A DNA stretch of 64,000 nt from Nitrospirota bacterium. GTDB taxonomy: Bacteria; Nitrospirota; Nitrospiria; JACQBZ01. A program made the position numbers and the translations under genes. The notes beneath the pieces are model-generated. The model saw only the letters and a program-made list of their open reading frames with translations, ran no database searches and was not told the DNA's origin. Each line of letters begins with the position of its first letter. Position 1 is the stretch's first letter. Of this stretch, positions 29,566 through 38,824 are shown one piece after another. Location: contig JACQFA010000039.1 in the NCBI GenBank assembly GCA_016200255.1, positions 13,678-77,677 of the forward strand, read 5' to 3'.

Positions 29566-30439
29566 GTTTTCCGCCCTCCCTGATTTGCATCAACTGTTTC
29601 AACCGCCTCCTGTTTTCTTCCAATTTGGGGAGGGTATATCGCTCATCCACCGCCACAACCCGCGCGAGCAAATCAATCGCTTCATCCAGGCGGCCCATAC
29701 CTTCATGAACCGCGACCAGGTTATACCAGGCCGCCGCCATGCCGAGGTCATCGTTCAGCCCCCGGCTCATCGCCAGGGCTTCTTGGCAGCATTTCAATGC
29801 CTCTTCCGCTCGGGCCTGCATCAGGTGTGTCTTTCCAAGACTGTTGATCGTCCGGGCCAGTTCCGAACTGTCCCCCAGTCGTCGAAGCTGAAGAATCGCC
29901 TTTTCAAAATAGTCGACCGCCGACGGCAGATCCCCTTCGTCCCGGACCACGAGGGCCAGATTGCCGTACAACATCGCGAGTCCCCGAACATCGCCGGACG
30001 GCTCCAGGAAATCCGCCGCCTCCAGATAGAAGGCCTTGGCGCGCTCCGTTTCATGACGATCGGCATGGAGGTTGCCCATATTGACCAGCGTAATTCCGAT
30101 CACCTGCCGGTTCCCCAGTTTTCGATGAATGCCGAGCACTTCACGATAACAGGTCAGCGCCTCCTCGTTTTTCCCAGTGGCGGCATAGACATTGGCCAGA
30201 TTTCCAAGCGTGGCGGCCATGTCCCAGGGATTTTCGGTCCGACGGTCCAGTTCGAGCGCCCGCCGATAGTAGGCCATCGCCTCGCCGTACTGTCCCTGCT
30301 GGAAGAAGCGATTACCTTCCTGGTTTAAGGGAGAAGAGGACATGGTGTCTCCGAACCACCCGACGGATAATAAAAGGCGAAAAAATTTAGGGCTTGAGTT
30401 CCGAAATCGTCTCCCGGATACGATCTTCGACCTCGTCAT
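29552..30439 (-). CDS. TPR-repeat protein
   Basis: Multiple A..Y..AL....G repeats. Confidence 0.75.
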   Translation of the reverse strand: MTRSKIVSGRRFRNSSPKFFRLLLSVGWFGDTMSSSPLNQEGNRFFQQGQYGEAMAYYRRALELDRRTENPWDMAATLGNLANVYAATGKNEEALTCYREVLGIHRKLGNRQVIGITLVNMGNLHADRHETERAKAFYLEAADFLEPSGDVRGLAMLYGNLALVVRDEGDLPSAVDYFEKAILQLRRLGDSSELARTINSLGKTHLMQARAEEALKCCQEALAMSRGLNDDLGMAAAWYNLVAVHEGMGRLDEAIDLLARVVAVDERYTLPKLEENRRRLKQLMQIREGGKHVRT

Positions 30440-30632
30440 GGATCAGATCGTCCAACGCAATATCCACAATATCGTCTTCCGAAACCGTCATGAACTTGCG
30501 CGCCCTGCCTTTGGAGAGCGAAATCAGAAAAAGACTGTTGCTGGCCACGGTGGGGATCACAACGGTTACCGCGGGGTCCACGGCCTTGACCATTTCGATG
30601 AATCTTTGCTTGCCGTCCTCAATTTCCGACAT
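30387..30632 (-). CDS. Small hypothetical protein
   Basis: ORF upstream of the TPR gene. The start is uncertain. Confidence 0.3.
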   Translation of the reverse strand: MSEIEDGKQRFIEMVKAVDPAVTVVIPTVASNSLFLISLSKGRARKFMTVSEDDIVDIALDDLIHDEVEDRIRETISELKP

Positions 30633-30726
30633 GATCCCCCCTCGGTTCGTCATTCATTTTTTCTCACAGACAGCAGTCTATAGGCAGGCGCCCGTATCTG
30701 TCAAGCCGGCAGCCGCCGACCGTGCG

Positions 30727-31122
30727 TCATGGACCGGACCGGCCGAACAGCCGATACCGGTTGCGTGCGAGCCATTCATAAAACCGGGAGGCCAGCCAGG
30801 GAACGCCGGGAAGATAAAACAGGATCGCCAGCAGCCGCCAGCCCGCCAATTGCGGCAGCATCGCTCGAAAGGCATCCATGCCGACCCGGACCCGTCCGAC
30901 GCCGTCGATAAACAACATCGCGCGCGGCGGTTCTCCATGCGGCCACAAACCGGCCGGATCGTCGCGGTCCAGATCGGGAAACCAGTCCCTGAATTCCGGG
31001 TCCTGAAATGCCAGATACCGGATTCGGCCGCGACGGTCCCACCGGACTATCATTCCCTGCGTCCAGCGGCACAGCTCGCAATCACGGTCATAGACCAGCG
31101 TGTAAGGACTAAGACGGCTCAT
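30727..31122 (-). CDS. DCC1-like thiol-disulfide oxidoreductase family (DUF393) protein
   Basis: YTLVYDRDCELCRWTQGMIVRWDRRGRIRYLAFQ matches the DUF393 DGxCxLC signature. The start was chosen at the internal Met MSRLSPYT. Confidence 0.65.
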   Translation of the reverse strand: MSRLSPYTLVYDRDCELCRWTQGMIVRWDRRGRIRYLAFQDPEFRDWFPDLDRDDPAGLWPHGEPPRAMLFIDGVGRVRVGMDAFRAMLPQLAGWRLLAILFYLPGVPWLASRFYEWLARNRYRLFGRSGP

Positions 31123-31265
31123 GGTCGATATAGGTCCAATGGCCCATAACCGATACAATGTAGGTCTTCTGCAATCCCGATTCGGGCCTTCCGACCGATT
31201 GTCTAACGGACGGAAGGCATCTACAGTAAAAGGTACGATCACCCCGATTCCCGGGGCTCTTCAAC

Positions 31266-31664
31266 TCAACAAGGAGGCGGCCCATGACCTGCCCGCGCTG
31301 TGATGGATTTATGGTGCAAGAACGGCTTTCGGATCTGTACGATGATACCGGCCAGGACGCAGACCGGACACGGGCAGATACTCCGCAAAAGATCAAAGGC
31401 GTAAATACCCGTGGAATGCCCATCGCTCCATTCGATATGAATGGCGTACTGCCCCACCGCGCTGATCTGAAGCGGCCGGATATCCTTCGGAATCGCTTCC
31501 GGGCGGATCACCTTTCGGCCGGTCCATTCCTCGATGCAGGACGCGCAATGACAACTCTCCCGTAAATACGGCGCGGGATAAATTCCTTCATGTCCGTCGC
31601 TCCAGGCGACTCGGATCGACCCATCCCCCCGCTTCTCGATCTCAACCGGCTGCACTTTGTACAT
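31266..31664 (-). CDS. DUF971-family protein
   Basis: IRVAWSDGHEGIYPAPYLRESCHCASC and IHIEWSDGHSTGIYAFDLLRSICPCPVC are duplicated DUF971 motifs. Confidence 0.6.
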   Translation of the reverse strand: MYKVQPVEIEKRGDGSIRVAWSDGHEGIYPAPYLRESCHCASCIEEWTGRKVIRPEAIPKDIRPLQISAVGQYAIHIEWSDGHSTGIYAFDLLRSICPCPVCVLAGIIVQIRKPFLHHKSITARAGHGPPPC

Positions 31665-31678
31665 CCATCACCCCTAAT

Positions 31679-32995
31679 TTATGACTGTTTTATCGGAAAC
31701 TCAAGCCGCACCCATGCCATCGCCTCGTCACGGCTCGTGAGACGCCCTTCCAACTGGGCGTCTTCAAGCTGCGTCAGAATCTTGGAAAACAAGGGCCCCG
31801 GTTCGTAACCGATCCGGATCAGGTCATCCCCGGTCAGCAACCGAACCGGTCTCATCTCCTCCGGCCCGATCTCGGCCAGTTTCCTTTTACAAAATTCCCA
31901 CAACGTCAGATCCCCGTGGCTTGCAAGACAATCCAGCCGATGCAACTCCAGATGTTCCGGAAAATCGGGCCGTCGGAGGAACCGTTTGAGCGTGCTTTCC
32001 CGCATCTGCCGAACGTCCTTGAACCTCAGATGATCCCGGACCAGTTCAACAACCAGCCCGGTCTGCTCGTTTGAAAGACGCAGACGCTCACATATCGCCC
32101 CGGCCATCCGGGCGCCGACTTCACAGTGGTTATCGAAACGGATCCGGTCGCGAATCGTAAAGGTCGACGGCTTTCCAATGTCGTGCAGCAGAGCCGCCAG
32201 CGCCAGTTCGAACGACGGGCGGTTGAGATTCTTGAGCAGAAGCAGCGTATGCGTCAGTACATCCCCTTCCGGGTGGAATTCCTTCGGCTGCTCGACCCCG
32301 GCCATCGCCGTGACTTCAGGCAGTATCGGCTTCACTAGCCCGGTCTCCAGCAGAAGCGAGAGGCTGCCGGAAGGGTTCGGCCCGGTCAGCATTTTCTTTA
32401 ACTCGTCACGAATCCGCTCGGCGCTGACCTGAGTGATTTCCCCGGCCCGCTCGATGACCGCCTCATAGGTCTGCGGTTCGATCCCGTAATTGAACCGGGA
32501 CGCAAACCGTACGGCGCGCAACAACCGGAGCTTGTCCTCCTCAAACCGTTCCCGTGGATTCCCGATCGCCCGGATCAGGCCGGCCTTGATATCCCGCTGT
32601 CCGTCCAAATAATCGATGATCTCTTTTTTGACCGGGTCGTAAAACATCCCGTTGATCGTGAAGTCCCGGCGGGCGGCATCCTCCCGATCGTCCGAGTAAT
32701 GGACCTCGATTGGGTGGCGGCCGTCGAGATAACGTCCATCCGAACGGAAGGTCGCCACCTCAAACTCGCACTCCTCCGCAAGCACCTTCACCACACCGAA
32801 GCTCACGCCGACCGGAACGGTTTTGGGGAACAGACTCATCACCTGCTCCGGGCGCGCGTCCGTCGCGATGTCATAGTCCTGGGGCTCATGGCCCATCACA
32901 AGATCACGCACGCATCCCCCCGCCCAGTAGGCTCGAAAACCGGCCTTCCGAAGAATACGGACGATCTCGACGGCCTTGTCATGCAGAGGAGTCAT
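31679..32995 (-). CDS. cca: CCA tRNA nucleotidyltransferase with HD domain
   Basis: N-terminal GGCVRDLVMGHEPQDYDIATDARPEQV polymerase-beta head plus an HD domain (HDIGK). Confidence 0.85.
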   Translation of the reverse strand: MTPLHDKAVEIVRILRKAGFRAYWAGGCVRDLVMGHEPQDYDIATDARPEQVMSLFPKTVPVGVSFGVVKVLAEECEFEVATFRSDGRYLDGRHPIEVHYSDDREDAARRDFTINGMFYDPVKKEIIDYLDGQRDIKAGLIRAIGNPRERFEEDKLRLLRAVRFASRFNYGIEPQTYEAVIERAGEITQVSAERIRDELKKMLTGPNPSGSLSLLLETGLVKPILPEVTAMAGVEQPKEFHPEGDVLTHTLLLLKNLNRPSFELALAALLHDIGKPSTFTIRDRIRFDNHCEVGARMAGAICERLRLSNEQTGLVVELVRDHLRFKDVRQMRESTLKRFLRRPDFPEHLELHRLDCLASHGDLTLWEFCKRKLAEIGPEEMRPVRLLTGDDLIRIGYEPGPLFSKILTQLEDAQLEGRLTSRDEAMAWVRLEFPIKQS

Positions 32996-33053
32996 GCCGT
33001 GTATTCTACAGGAAGGACCGTCGACTTGTCATCAAGGGGTTGATGGATTCGGG

Positions 33054-33278
33054 TCAACGCGAAGCGGCTCTCACGATGGTAGCGACCAAGGCCTTGGGCG
33101 TGGTCTGTCCTCGAAACTCGTCGAACTCAAACTCCACCTCATCCCCCGGACGCAATTTTTGGAAGTCCAGTCCTTCCAGGTGAGAACGATGGAAAAAGAA
33201 TTTGCGGCCGTCGTCGGACTGAATAAAACCGTTGCCCCGATCGGCCTCGATCTTTTTGATTTTGCCTTTTAACGTCAT
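33054..33278 (-). CDS. Cold-shock domain protein
   Basis: MTLKGKIKKIEADRGNGFIQSDDGRKFFFHRSHL matches the CSD RNP motifs. Confidence 0.8.
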   Translation of the reverse strand: MTLKGKIKKIEADRGNGFIQSDDGRKFFFHRSHLEGLDFQKLRPGDEVEFEFDEFRGQTTPKALVATIVRAASR

Positions 33279-33449
33279 TCAGATTTCTTCCGGGCGCAAC
33301 TCTTCTGACCCATCACTTGCACCATCTACCGTATACTCCCACCCAGCAATATCCGTCAAGTGAAAAAGAACGATACGAATGATCTGAAATGCCTGTTGCT
33401 TTTTAGATCGGAGATGGAGTATTCTAAGCCCGAAATTTTGGGACATTCG

Positions 33450-34082
33450 ATGATACCGCTGCAACAATTTTATGAAGAGATCAAGGATTGCCAGAAGTGC
33501 GGGTTATGCAAATCACGGACGCATGTGGTATTCGGGGAAGGGAACCCCCATGCCGAGATCATGTTCGTGGGCGAGGCTCCAGGTGAGAATGAAGACCTTC
33601 AAAACCGGCCGTTCATCGGCATGGCCGGAAAACTGCTCACGGATCTACTCGCAAGCATCGGAATGAAACGCGAGGACGTCTATATCGCCAATGTCGTCAA
33701 ATGCCGTCCGCCGGAGAACCGCAACCCCGCGCCGGATGAGATCGAGTCCTGCAAACCGTATTTATGGAAGCAGATCGAGATGATCAAGCCCCGTGTCGTC
33801 TGCACGCTCGGAAATTTCGCGGCCCAGGCGGTTCTGGATAAAAAAGTGGCGATCACCAAGGTTCGCGGCCAGCATCTCCAGGTCAAAAATTTTCTGGTTT
33901 TTCCCATGCTCCATCCCGCCGCCGCGCTTCACCAGGGGAACCTTCGCCCCGCCCTTTTGGAAGACTTCCAGAACCTGAAGAAATTTCTCGGCCAAGGAAT
34001 ACAGCCGGCACCGCAGCCCGAACAGACCAGTTTTTTCTACATCATCCCCGTACTTCATGAAAATCACACCCTCCATCCCTGA
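33450..34082 (+). CDS. Uracil-DNA glycosylase, family 4 (paralog 1)
   Basis: [36 protein letters not shown]...GMAGKLL...NVVKCRPP. The track ORF starts at an upstream GTG (33360). Family alignment favours the start at MIPLQQ. Confidence 0.85.
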   Translation: MIPLQQFYEEIKDCQKCGLCKSRTHVVFGEGNPHAEIMFVGEAPGENEDLQNRPFIGMAGKLLTDLLASIGMKREDVYIANVVKCRPPENRNPAPDEIESCKPYLWKQIEMIKPRVVCTLGNFAAQAVLDKKVAITKVRGQHLQVKNFLVFPMLHPAAALHQGNLRPALLEDFQNLKKFLGQGIQPAPQPEQTSFFYIIPVLHENHTLHP

Positions 34083-34131
34083 TAATTTTATATATTGACA
34101 TTATTTTTTCAATCTCTTACAATTTAACTCT

Positions 34132-34632
34132 ATGACTCTCAAGACCTTGGTCATCTGTCTCTGCGCCGTTTCAATCGTCCAGTTTTCGGCGGCCTCGTCT
34201 GCCGAAGATGGACCCAAACCGGCCGACGTCCCCGATCCAACCGAGGCCGCAAAACCGGTCGAAGCTCCAAAACAGCCTCCCAGACCGAACATCAACGTCG
34301 ATATCCTTGCTTATTCCTGGAAGAGCGGTTACGTATGGGAAAACTTCAATAAGACCGAATGCACCTGGACGGCCAAGGTCAAAAACAACAACCCGGAACC
34401 CCGCCATATCTGCCTCAATTATGAATTCCTGGATGAAGATAGCCTTCCGGTGTTCCAGAACGGAAAATGCGAGGTGGTGCTCGGAAACTCGGAAGGAAGC
34501 ATTTCAGGCAGCATCATGGTAAAAAGCCCCCTGGTGCAGGACGTGAAGAAAAGCAATGTCGTCGCCTTGGAAGCCCACAAACTCCATTCATTTGTTCCCG
34601 CCGCCACCCTTCCCGCCCCGGCACCACCGTAA
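34132..34632 (+). CDS. Secreted hypothetical protein (signal peptide)
   Basis: MTLKTLVICLCAVSIVQFSAASSAEDG. It is preceded by a near-consensus promoter TTGACA-17-TACAAT at about 34095-34125. Confidence 0.5.
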   Translation: MTLKTLVICLCAVSIVQFSAASSAEDGPKPADVPDPTEAAKPVEAPKQPPRPNINVDILAYSWKSGYVWENFNKTECTWTAKVKNNNPEPRHICLNYEFLDEDSLPVFQNGKCEVVLGNSEGSISGSIMVKSPLVQDVKKSNVVALEAHKLHSFVPAATLPAPAPP

Positions 34633-34712
34633 CGGACGGAAAAAGTCCATCCGCACTGCGGGACCTTCGGGAATCCCCGGCGTCTTCAACAGGACGCTGC
34701 CGGTATTAAATT

Positions 34713-35738
34713 TTATCGCAGGGGATCGTGTGCCGGTTGGAGGGACTCATGCGTCTTTTCGGATGCGGCGGGGCCCGAAGCTTCTTTGGGCAACTCAATT
34801 TGGTCGTTTTGTAACGGAACGTCCGATGAGATGCGAATGCGGAATTTTCCATTCTTCAGATCCCGGATGTTTTCCAGCTTAAGATGCTTGGCCTTCTGAA
34901 CAACGGCCTCGTTTTTACGCTCCTCCGGCCGGAGCAAAGACAGCAGATCAATTCCCATTTTGTGAATGACGGGATGATTGAGACCGTCCGAAAGATCAAC
35001 CACGACCACGTAGGTTTCGTCTCCGATGTGATCGCCGAATGCGATCTTGCGATCGTGGTCGAACCAGAAAAACCCGTTTGGGATGACCGTGTGACGATTG
35101 TTTTCTTCGCGGACCCAGACCCGATAATGCTTTTTGCCGGCGTTGACTTCAGGATAGATCGGATGCCCAACTTCGATTAATCGTCCACTTGGGTCATTCT
35201 TATAGGACTCTTCTCCGCGTATCCGGTTGCCGTCTGCCGAATCGCCCAGATCGTAAATCAGGATCAGATCGCTCATGACCTCGGGTTCCGCCGTCTGGAG
35301 CGGATAGAATTTTCGGTAACTGAAAAACCGGCCGGTTTCGGACAAGGTTTGCCCAAAACCGATAAAGGAGTCCCTCTCTTCCCGGCTGTCCAGATCAATC
35401 GAGCTCGTAACGGATGAATGAAGCGTCGCATCCTCCCCCATCACGACTAGTTTCCCCTGATAAATGGCGATCTGATCAACCTTCGCTGTAAGATTGTCCA
35501 GATAAACAGGATAGGGGTGATCATTCGTTTTATCGATGACTGAGAAAGTAAATTTGACCCTTCCGCCGGTCTTGGGATCAAACGAGGGCTCGCCCGGACC
35601 GGTTAATGAAACATGGTATCGGCCGTCTTCAGCCATGATGGATTTCGAAGGGGCGTCACTCGCATAAAGATCGGCCGCCGGATGAATCAGCAGAATCGCC
35701 GACAGCCACATGAGGGTCCGCAAGATCAAGTACATCAT
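34713..35738 (-). CDS. Secreted hypothetical protein (341 aa, signal peptide)
   Basis: MMYLILRTLMWLSAILLIHPAADLYAS signal peptide; no identified domain. Confidence 0.5.
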   Translation of the reverse strand: MMYLILRTLMWLSAILLIHPAADLYASDAPSKSIMAEDGRYHVSLTGPGEPSFDPKTGGRVKFTFSVIDKTNDHPYPVYLDNLTAKVDQIAIYQGKLVVMGEDATLHSSVTSSIDLDSREERDSFIGFGQTLSETGRFFSYRKFYPLQTAEPEVMSDLILIYDLGDSADGNRIRGEESYKNDPSGRLIEVGHPIYPEVNAGKKHYRVWVREENNRHTVIPNGFFWFDHDRKIAFGDHIGDETYVVVVDLSDGLNHPVIHKMGIDLLSLLRPEERKNEAVVQKAKHLKLENIRDLKNGKFRIRISSDVPLQNDQIELPKEASGPAASEKTHESLQPAHDPLR

Positions 35739-35825
35739 GCCTCCAGAACCTTGTCGTTCTCAACTCCTTATCATTATAGCAGGTTTTGAACCATAGCAGG
35801 TTTCAAACCGACGGTCCGGCATTAT

Positions 35826-36668
35826 TCATCGGAGGGCGGACGATTTTGCGATCACACCGGCGATCCGTTTCAAGCGCCACCGGATGATCCAGTCGGCCCA
35901 TCGGGGCGCCACACTATTGAGCCGGATCACCATCTTGGTGGAAAACGGAAGGATCACCTCAACTCGCTCCTCCTCAACCGCCTTCAGCACCCAGGATGCA
36001 ATGAGTTCGGCCGAGAGCGGATGAACCTCCTCACGGATGCCCGGGAGGCTTAAAAAATCCCTCGCCATCGGGGTATCCACGATACCGGGACTTAGAAGGG
36101 AGATATGAACGCCCGTGCCATGCAACTCCATGCGCAACGCTTCCGAGAAACCCGCTACGGCGAATTTCGATGCGCAGTAGCCGGTCTCCATCGGAAAACC
36201 CCGTCGTCCCGCGGTCGAACCGATATTCACAATATGGCCGGTTTTCTGTCGGAGCATCACCGGCAAAACAGCCCGGACACAGGCGACAGTCCCGAAATAA
36301 TTGACCGACATCATCGCATCGATCTCGTCGAGGGTCAATTCCAAAAAGGGTTTATAGGAAATAATCCCCGCGACGTTGACCAGATAATCGATCCGTCCAT
36401 GGCGATCCATCACCTGCTCGATCGCCTTCCGAATCTCCGCGGGCGACCGGACATCGGCCGACAGGATCAGACTCTCCCGATGGGTTTTCGCCCGGATTTC
36501 TCCGGCCAGGTTTTCCAACCGATCCCGGTTTCGCGACAGAAGCGCCACGGATGCGCACTGATCCGCAAAGGCCAGCGCGATTGCCCGGCCGATGCCGCCG
36601 GAGGCACCGGTGACGATCGCGATCTTGTTTTCGGGTTTTTGCGCGGGTCCCACAGCCGGGTTATTCAA
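35826..36668 (-). CDS. SDR-family short-chain dehydrogenase/reductase
   Basis: TGASGGIGRAIA Rossmann motif and the YCASK catalytic motif. Confidence 0.85.
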   Translation of the reverse strand: MNNPAVGPAQKPENKIAIVTGASGGIGRAIALAFADQCASVALLSRNRDRLENLAGEIRAKTHRESLILSADVRSPAEIRKAIEQVMDRHGRIDYLVNVAGIISYKPFLELTLDEIDAMMSVNYFGTVACVRAVLPVMLRQKTGHIVNIGSTAGRRGFPMETGYCASKFAVAGFSEALRMELHGTGVHISLLSPGIVDTPMARDFLSLPGIREEVHPLSAELIASWVLKAVEEERVEVILPFSTKMVIRLNSVAPRWADWIIRWRLKRIAGVIAKSSALR

Positions 36669-36939
36669 CTACCATGCCGATCTTGATCCGTTCGCCTTCG
36701 ATCTGCACGGGATAGGTTTGGACCTGAACGACGGGATTCAAGGGAGAGCGGCCCGTTTTCAGATCAAATTGCCAACGGTGCCAGGGACAGGTCAACACCC
36801 TTCCCCCGATCGTTCCGGCCACCAACGGGCCGCCCTCGTGCGGACACAGATTGTCCACGGCATAGAAATCGCCGTTCACATTGAACAGCGCGATTTCTAT
36901 TCCCCGCAGATAAATGACGCGGGCCCGGCCGGACGCCAT
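36661..36939 (-). CDS. Small Rieske [2Fe-2S] protein (NirD-like), paralog of 16750..17058
   Basis: CPHEGGPL...CPWHRWQF Rieske boxes. The N-terminal 87 aa of the track ORF look non-coding (Arg/Ala-rich), so the start was chosen at MASGRARV. Confidence 0.7.
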   Translation of the reverse strand: MASGRARVIYLRGIEIALFNVNGDFYAVDNLCPHEGGPLVAGTIGGRVLTCPWHRWQFDLKTGRSPLNPVVQVQTYPVQIEGERIKIGMVVE

Positions 36940-36991
36940 TTCGGTCGTTCGGGCCACTTCAAAAAACTGGGGCTTGCGTTCACCCTCCTCG

Positions 36992-37210
36992 TCAGGCACA
37001 GCCGCAGCCGCCCGAACCGCAGCCGTGGGAACCCGTGTTCGGCGGTGGGCCGGCACTCCCCTCAACTTTGGAGGCAAACGTTGAGAACAGACGTTGAATC
37101 TTGCCGGCCCCGCAGTGAGGGCAGATCGTCTCCCCCGCTTTGACATGAACGCTTTGAAGTAATGTGAATGACTGTGCGCAACGATCGCACCGGTATTCAT
37201 ACATGGGCAT
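36992..37210 (-). CDS. FmdB-family zinc-ribbon protein
   Basis: MPMYEYRCDRCAQSFTLLQSV...CPHCGAG matches the FmdB MPxYEYxCxxC signature. Confidence 0.7.
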   Translation of the reverse strand: MPMYEYRCDRCAQSFTLLQSVHVKAGETICPHCGAGKIQRLFSTFASKVEGSAGPPPNTGSHGCGSGGCGCA

Positions 37211-37310
37211 GGAATCGTACCTCCTGAATTTAATGTTCCGCTGGGTCTATTTTAGTATGGGCGGGTCTGAATTACAAGACCCAATCAACCGGGTCGGTCT
37301 GATTTAGGAT

Positions 37311-37883
37311 CTACGCGGGCAGGCTTTTGGGGAAAGCACCTTCAAAGAAATTCCGTTCGGCATCGGTTAACACAATGCGCGACGAGGGGTCCGGCGGGAT
37401 GACCAAGACGGGAACGGCAGGCGGGCCGGCTCTGCGGCGGGGAACCCCGACTGGATCCAACAGCAGCGTCTGTTGATGTTCGAACCCAAGAACGCGATAT
37501 TGATAAAGTTCGATATCCAGACCCGTCAGGGCAACGGCTTCCTGAAAAACAGATGAAAAGCCGGGGGCGATCAAAACGACGCGGGGAGATTGAGACGACT
37601 CCGCCCCGCACTTGGAAAACAACCGGACCAGCAACGACCGGTGCCGGTTCAGCCAGCCGATCTGTCCGAGGGCCCTGACCAAGATCGCATCGTCTTCATG
37701 AAGGGTGGAAATCAACAGCACAAAACACCGATCCTGATCAATGGCCAGACAAAGCGGACCTGACTCGGAGCTCAAACCCGATTCCAGCAATTCTAGCCCC
37801 CCGGTCAGATCATCCAACTGGGTCAGGATCATGTTCTGAAGGACGGCGGGATCATGAAGAGAAACTCGATGCAGTTTCATCAT
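37311..37883 (-). CDS. Hypothetical protein, last gene of the ParA-like operon
   Basis: Translationally coupled to the upstream gene by an ATGA overlap. 190 aa with no confident domain. The segment GPLCLAIDQDRCFVLLISTLHEDDAILV is weakly roadblock/LC7-like. Confidence 0.5.
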   Translation of the reverse strand: MMKLHRVSLHDPAVLQNMILTQLDDLTGGLELLESGLSSESGPLCLAIDQDRCFVLLISTLHEDDAILVRALGQIGWLNRHRSLLVRLFSKCGAESSQSPRVVLIAPGFSSVFQEAVALTGLDIELYQYRVLGFEHQQTLLLDPVGVPRRRAGPPAVPVLVIPPDPSSRIVLTDAERNFFEGAFPKSLPA

Positions 37884-38824
37884 CCACCGATCATATCCAC
37901 GGTGCGTTGCAGACGGCCAAAAAACGAATAGGCGGTTCCCGACCGATTCGAGTCCCCCCCGACTCCCGCGAGCAGATTCCTCGCCACGCCTGAAAAACCG
38001 GCGGCGGCTTTCGAAGCCTGAGACAGAATGGTCAGAGGAACCTTCGCGGTCAAAGAACGCTCAATGAAGGGATCATCCGGAATCATCCCGTACCATTCCA
38101 GCGATTTTCCGAGAAATTGAAGGACCGCATCGCTCAATCGTTTCATGCCGGCCGCCGCCGCGGCCGCGTCACGATCTCCAAACACCACGAGCCCGATCCG
38201 GAGATCCTGTTGAAGCTGATACAAATACTTACAGACCTGATAGGTCTGCAAGAGCGTCTCGGAGTCCAGATCCACCGTCAGAACCACTCCCTGAACAAGG
38301 CGCACCCATCTCTGAAATGCGCCGCTCTCCTCATAAACGGCATGGATCAATATCAATTCGGCATCCTCTTCCTCCTTGCGAAGGACCTGCGAGAGAATAT
38401 CCCGCTCCTCCGCGGCGAATCCCTGAAGATCGTCCGATCGCAGTTGAAAGCTCAAGAGTTTCATTCCCAGGGGTCCTTCGACCGCGATCTGTTTCTGAGG
38501 CTGCTCCAGCAAGTCGTTGAGTGACGGATGGATCTGCACGGTTCCCAGCACCTCGTCCATCGACGGCACGGGCGCCGTTTCGATCGCCAATACGCGTTTG
38601 CCGGCCCGCGCCAATTCAACACCCAGGTTGGCCGTAAAAAAAGCCGACGGCCATCGAGGCACAAGGCTCATGGCCAGCCAAACCCGGGTATCGGATGTCG
38701 GTCGCTTCGCCTGTTTCCGAGCATCGGGCCGGGCCCGGTCCAGGGACGGAGCGGAAGAAACACCGGACAGAAACAGATGGGAAATGTCTTCGAGACCTTT
38801 CCCCAGTCTTTTTTTAGCACTCAT
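37880..38824 (-). CDS. Degenerate ParA/MinD-like protein lacking a Walker A motif, with a ParB-like N-terminal peptide
   Basis: The N-terminus MSAKKRLGKGLEDI resembles the ParB/Spo0J N-terminal ParA-activating peptide. Residues ~40-100 (WLAMSLVPRWPSAFFTANLGVELARAGKRVLAIE) align with ParA [34 protein letters not shown], but the P-loop is replaced. There is an ATGA overlap with the upstream parA-like gene. Confidence 0.55.
   Translation of the reverse strand: MSAKKRLGKGLEDISHLFLSGVSSAPSLDRARPDARKQAKRPTSDTRVWLAMSLVPRWPSAFFTANLGVELARAGKRVLAIETAPVPSMDEVLGTVQIHPSLNDLLEQPQKQIAVEGPLGMKLLSFQLRSDDLQGFAAEERDILSQVLRKEEEDAELILIHAVYEESGAFQRWVRLVQGVVLTVDLDSETLLQTYQVCKYLYQLQQDLRIGLVVFGDRDAAAAAAGMKRLSDAVLQFLGKSLEWYGMIPDDPFIERSLTAKVPLTILSQASKAAAGFSGVARNLLAGVGGDSNRSGTAYSFFGRLQRTVDMIGG

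Noticed and set aside
30727-31242. Full 171-aa extent of the DCC-family ORF
   Set aside because: The N-terminal 40 residues (Arg/Pro-rich) precede the conserved DUF393 start and overlap a divergent region. The internal Met was preferred.
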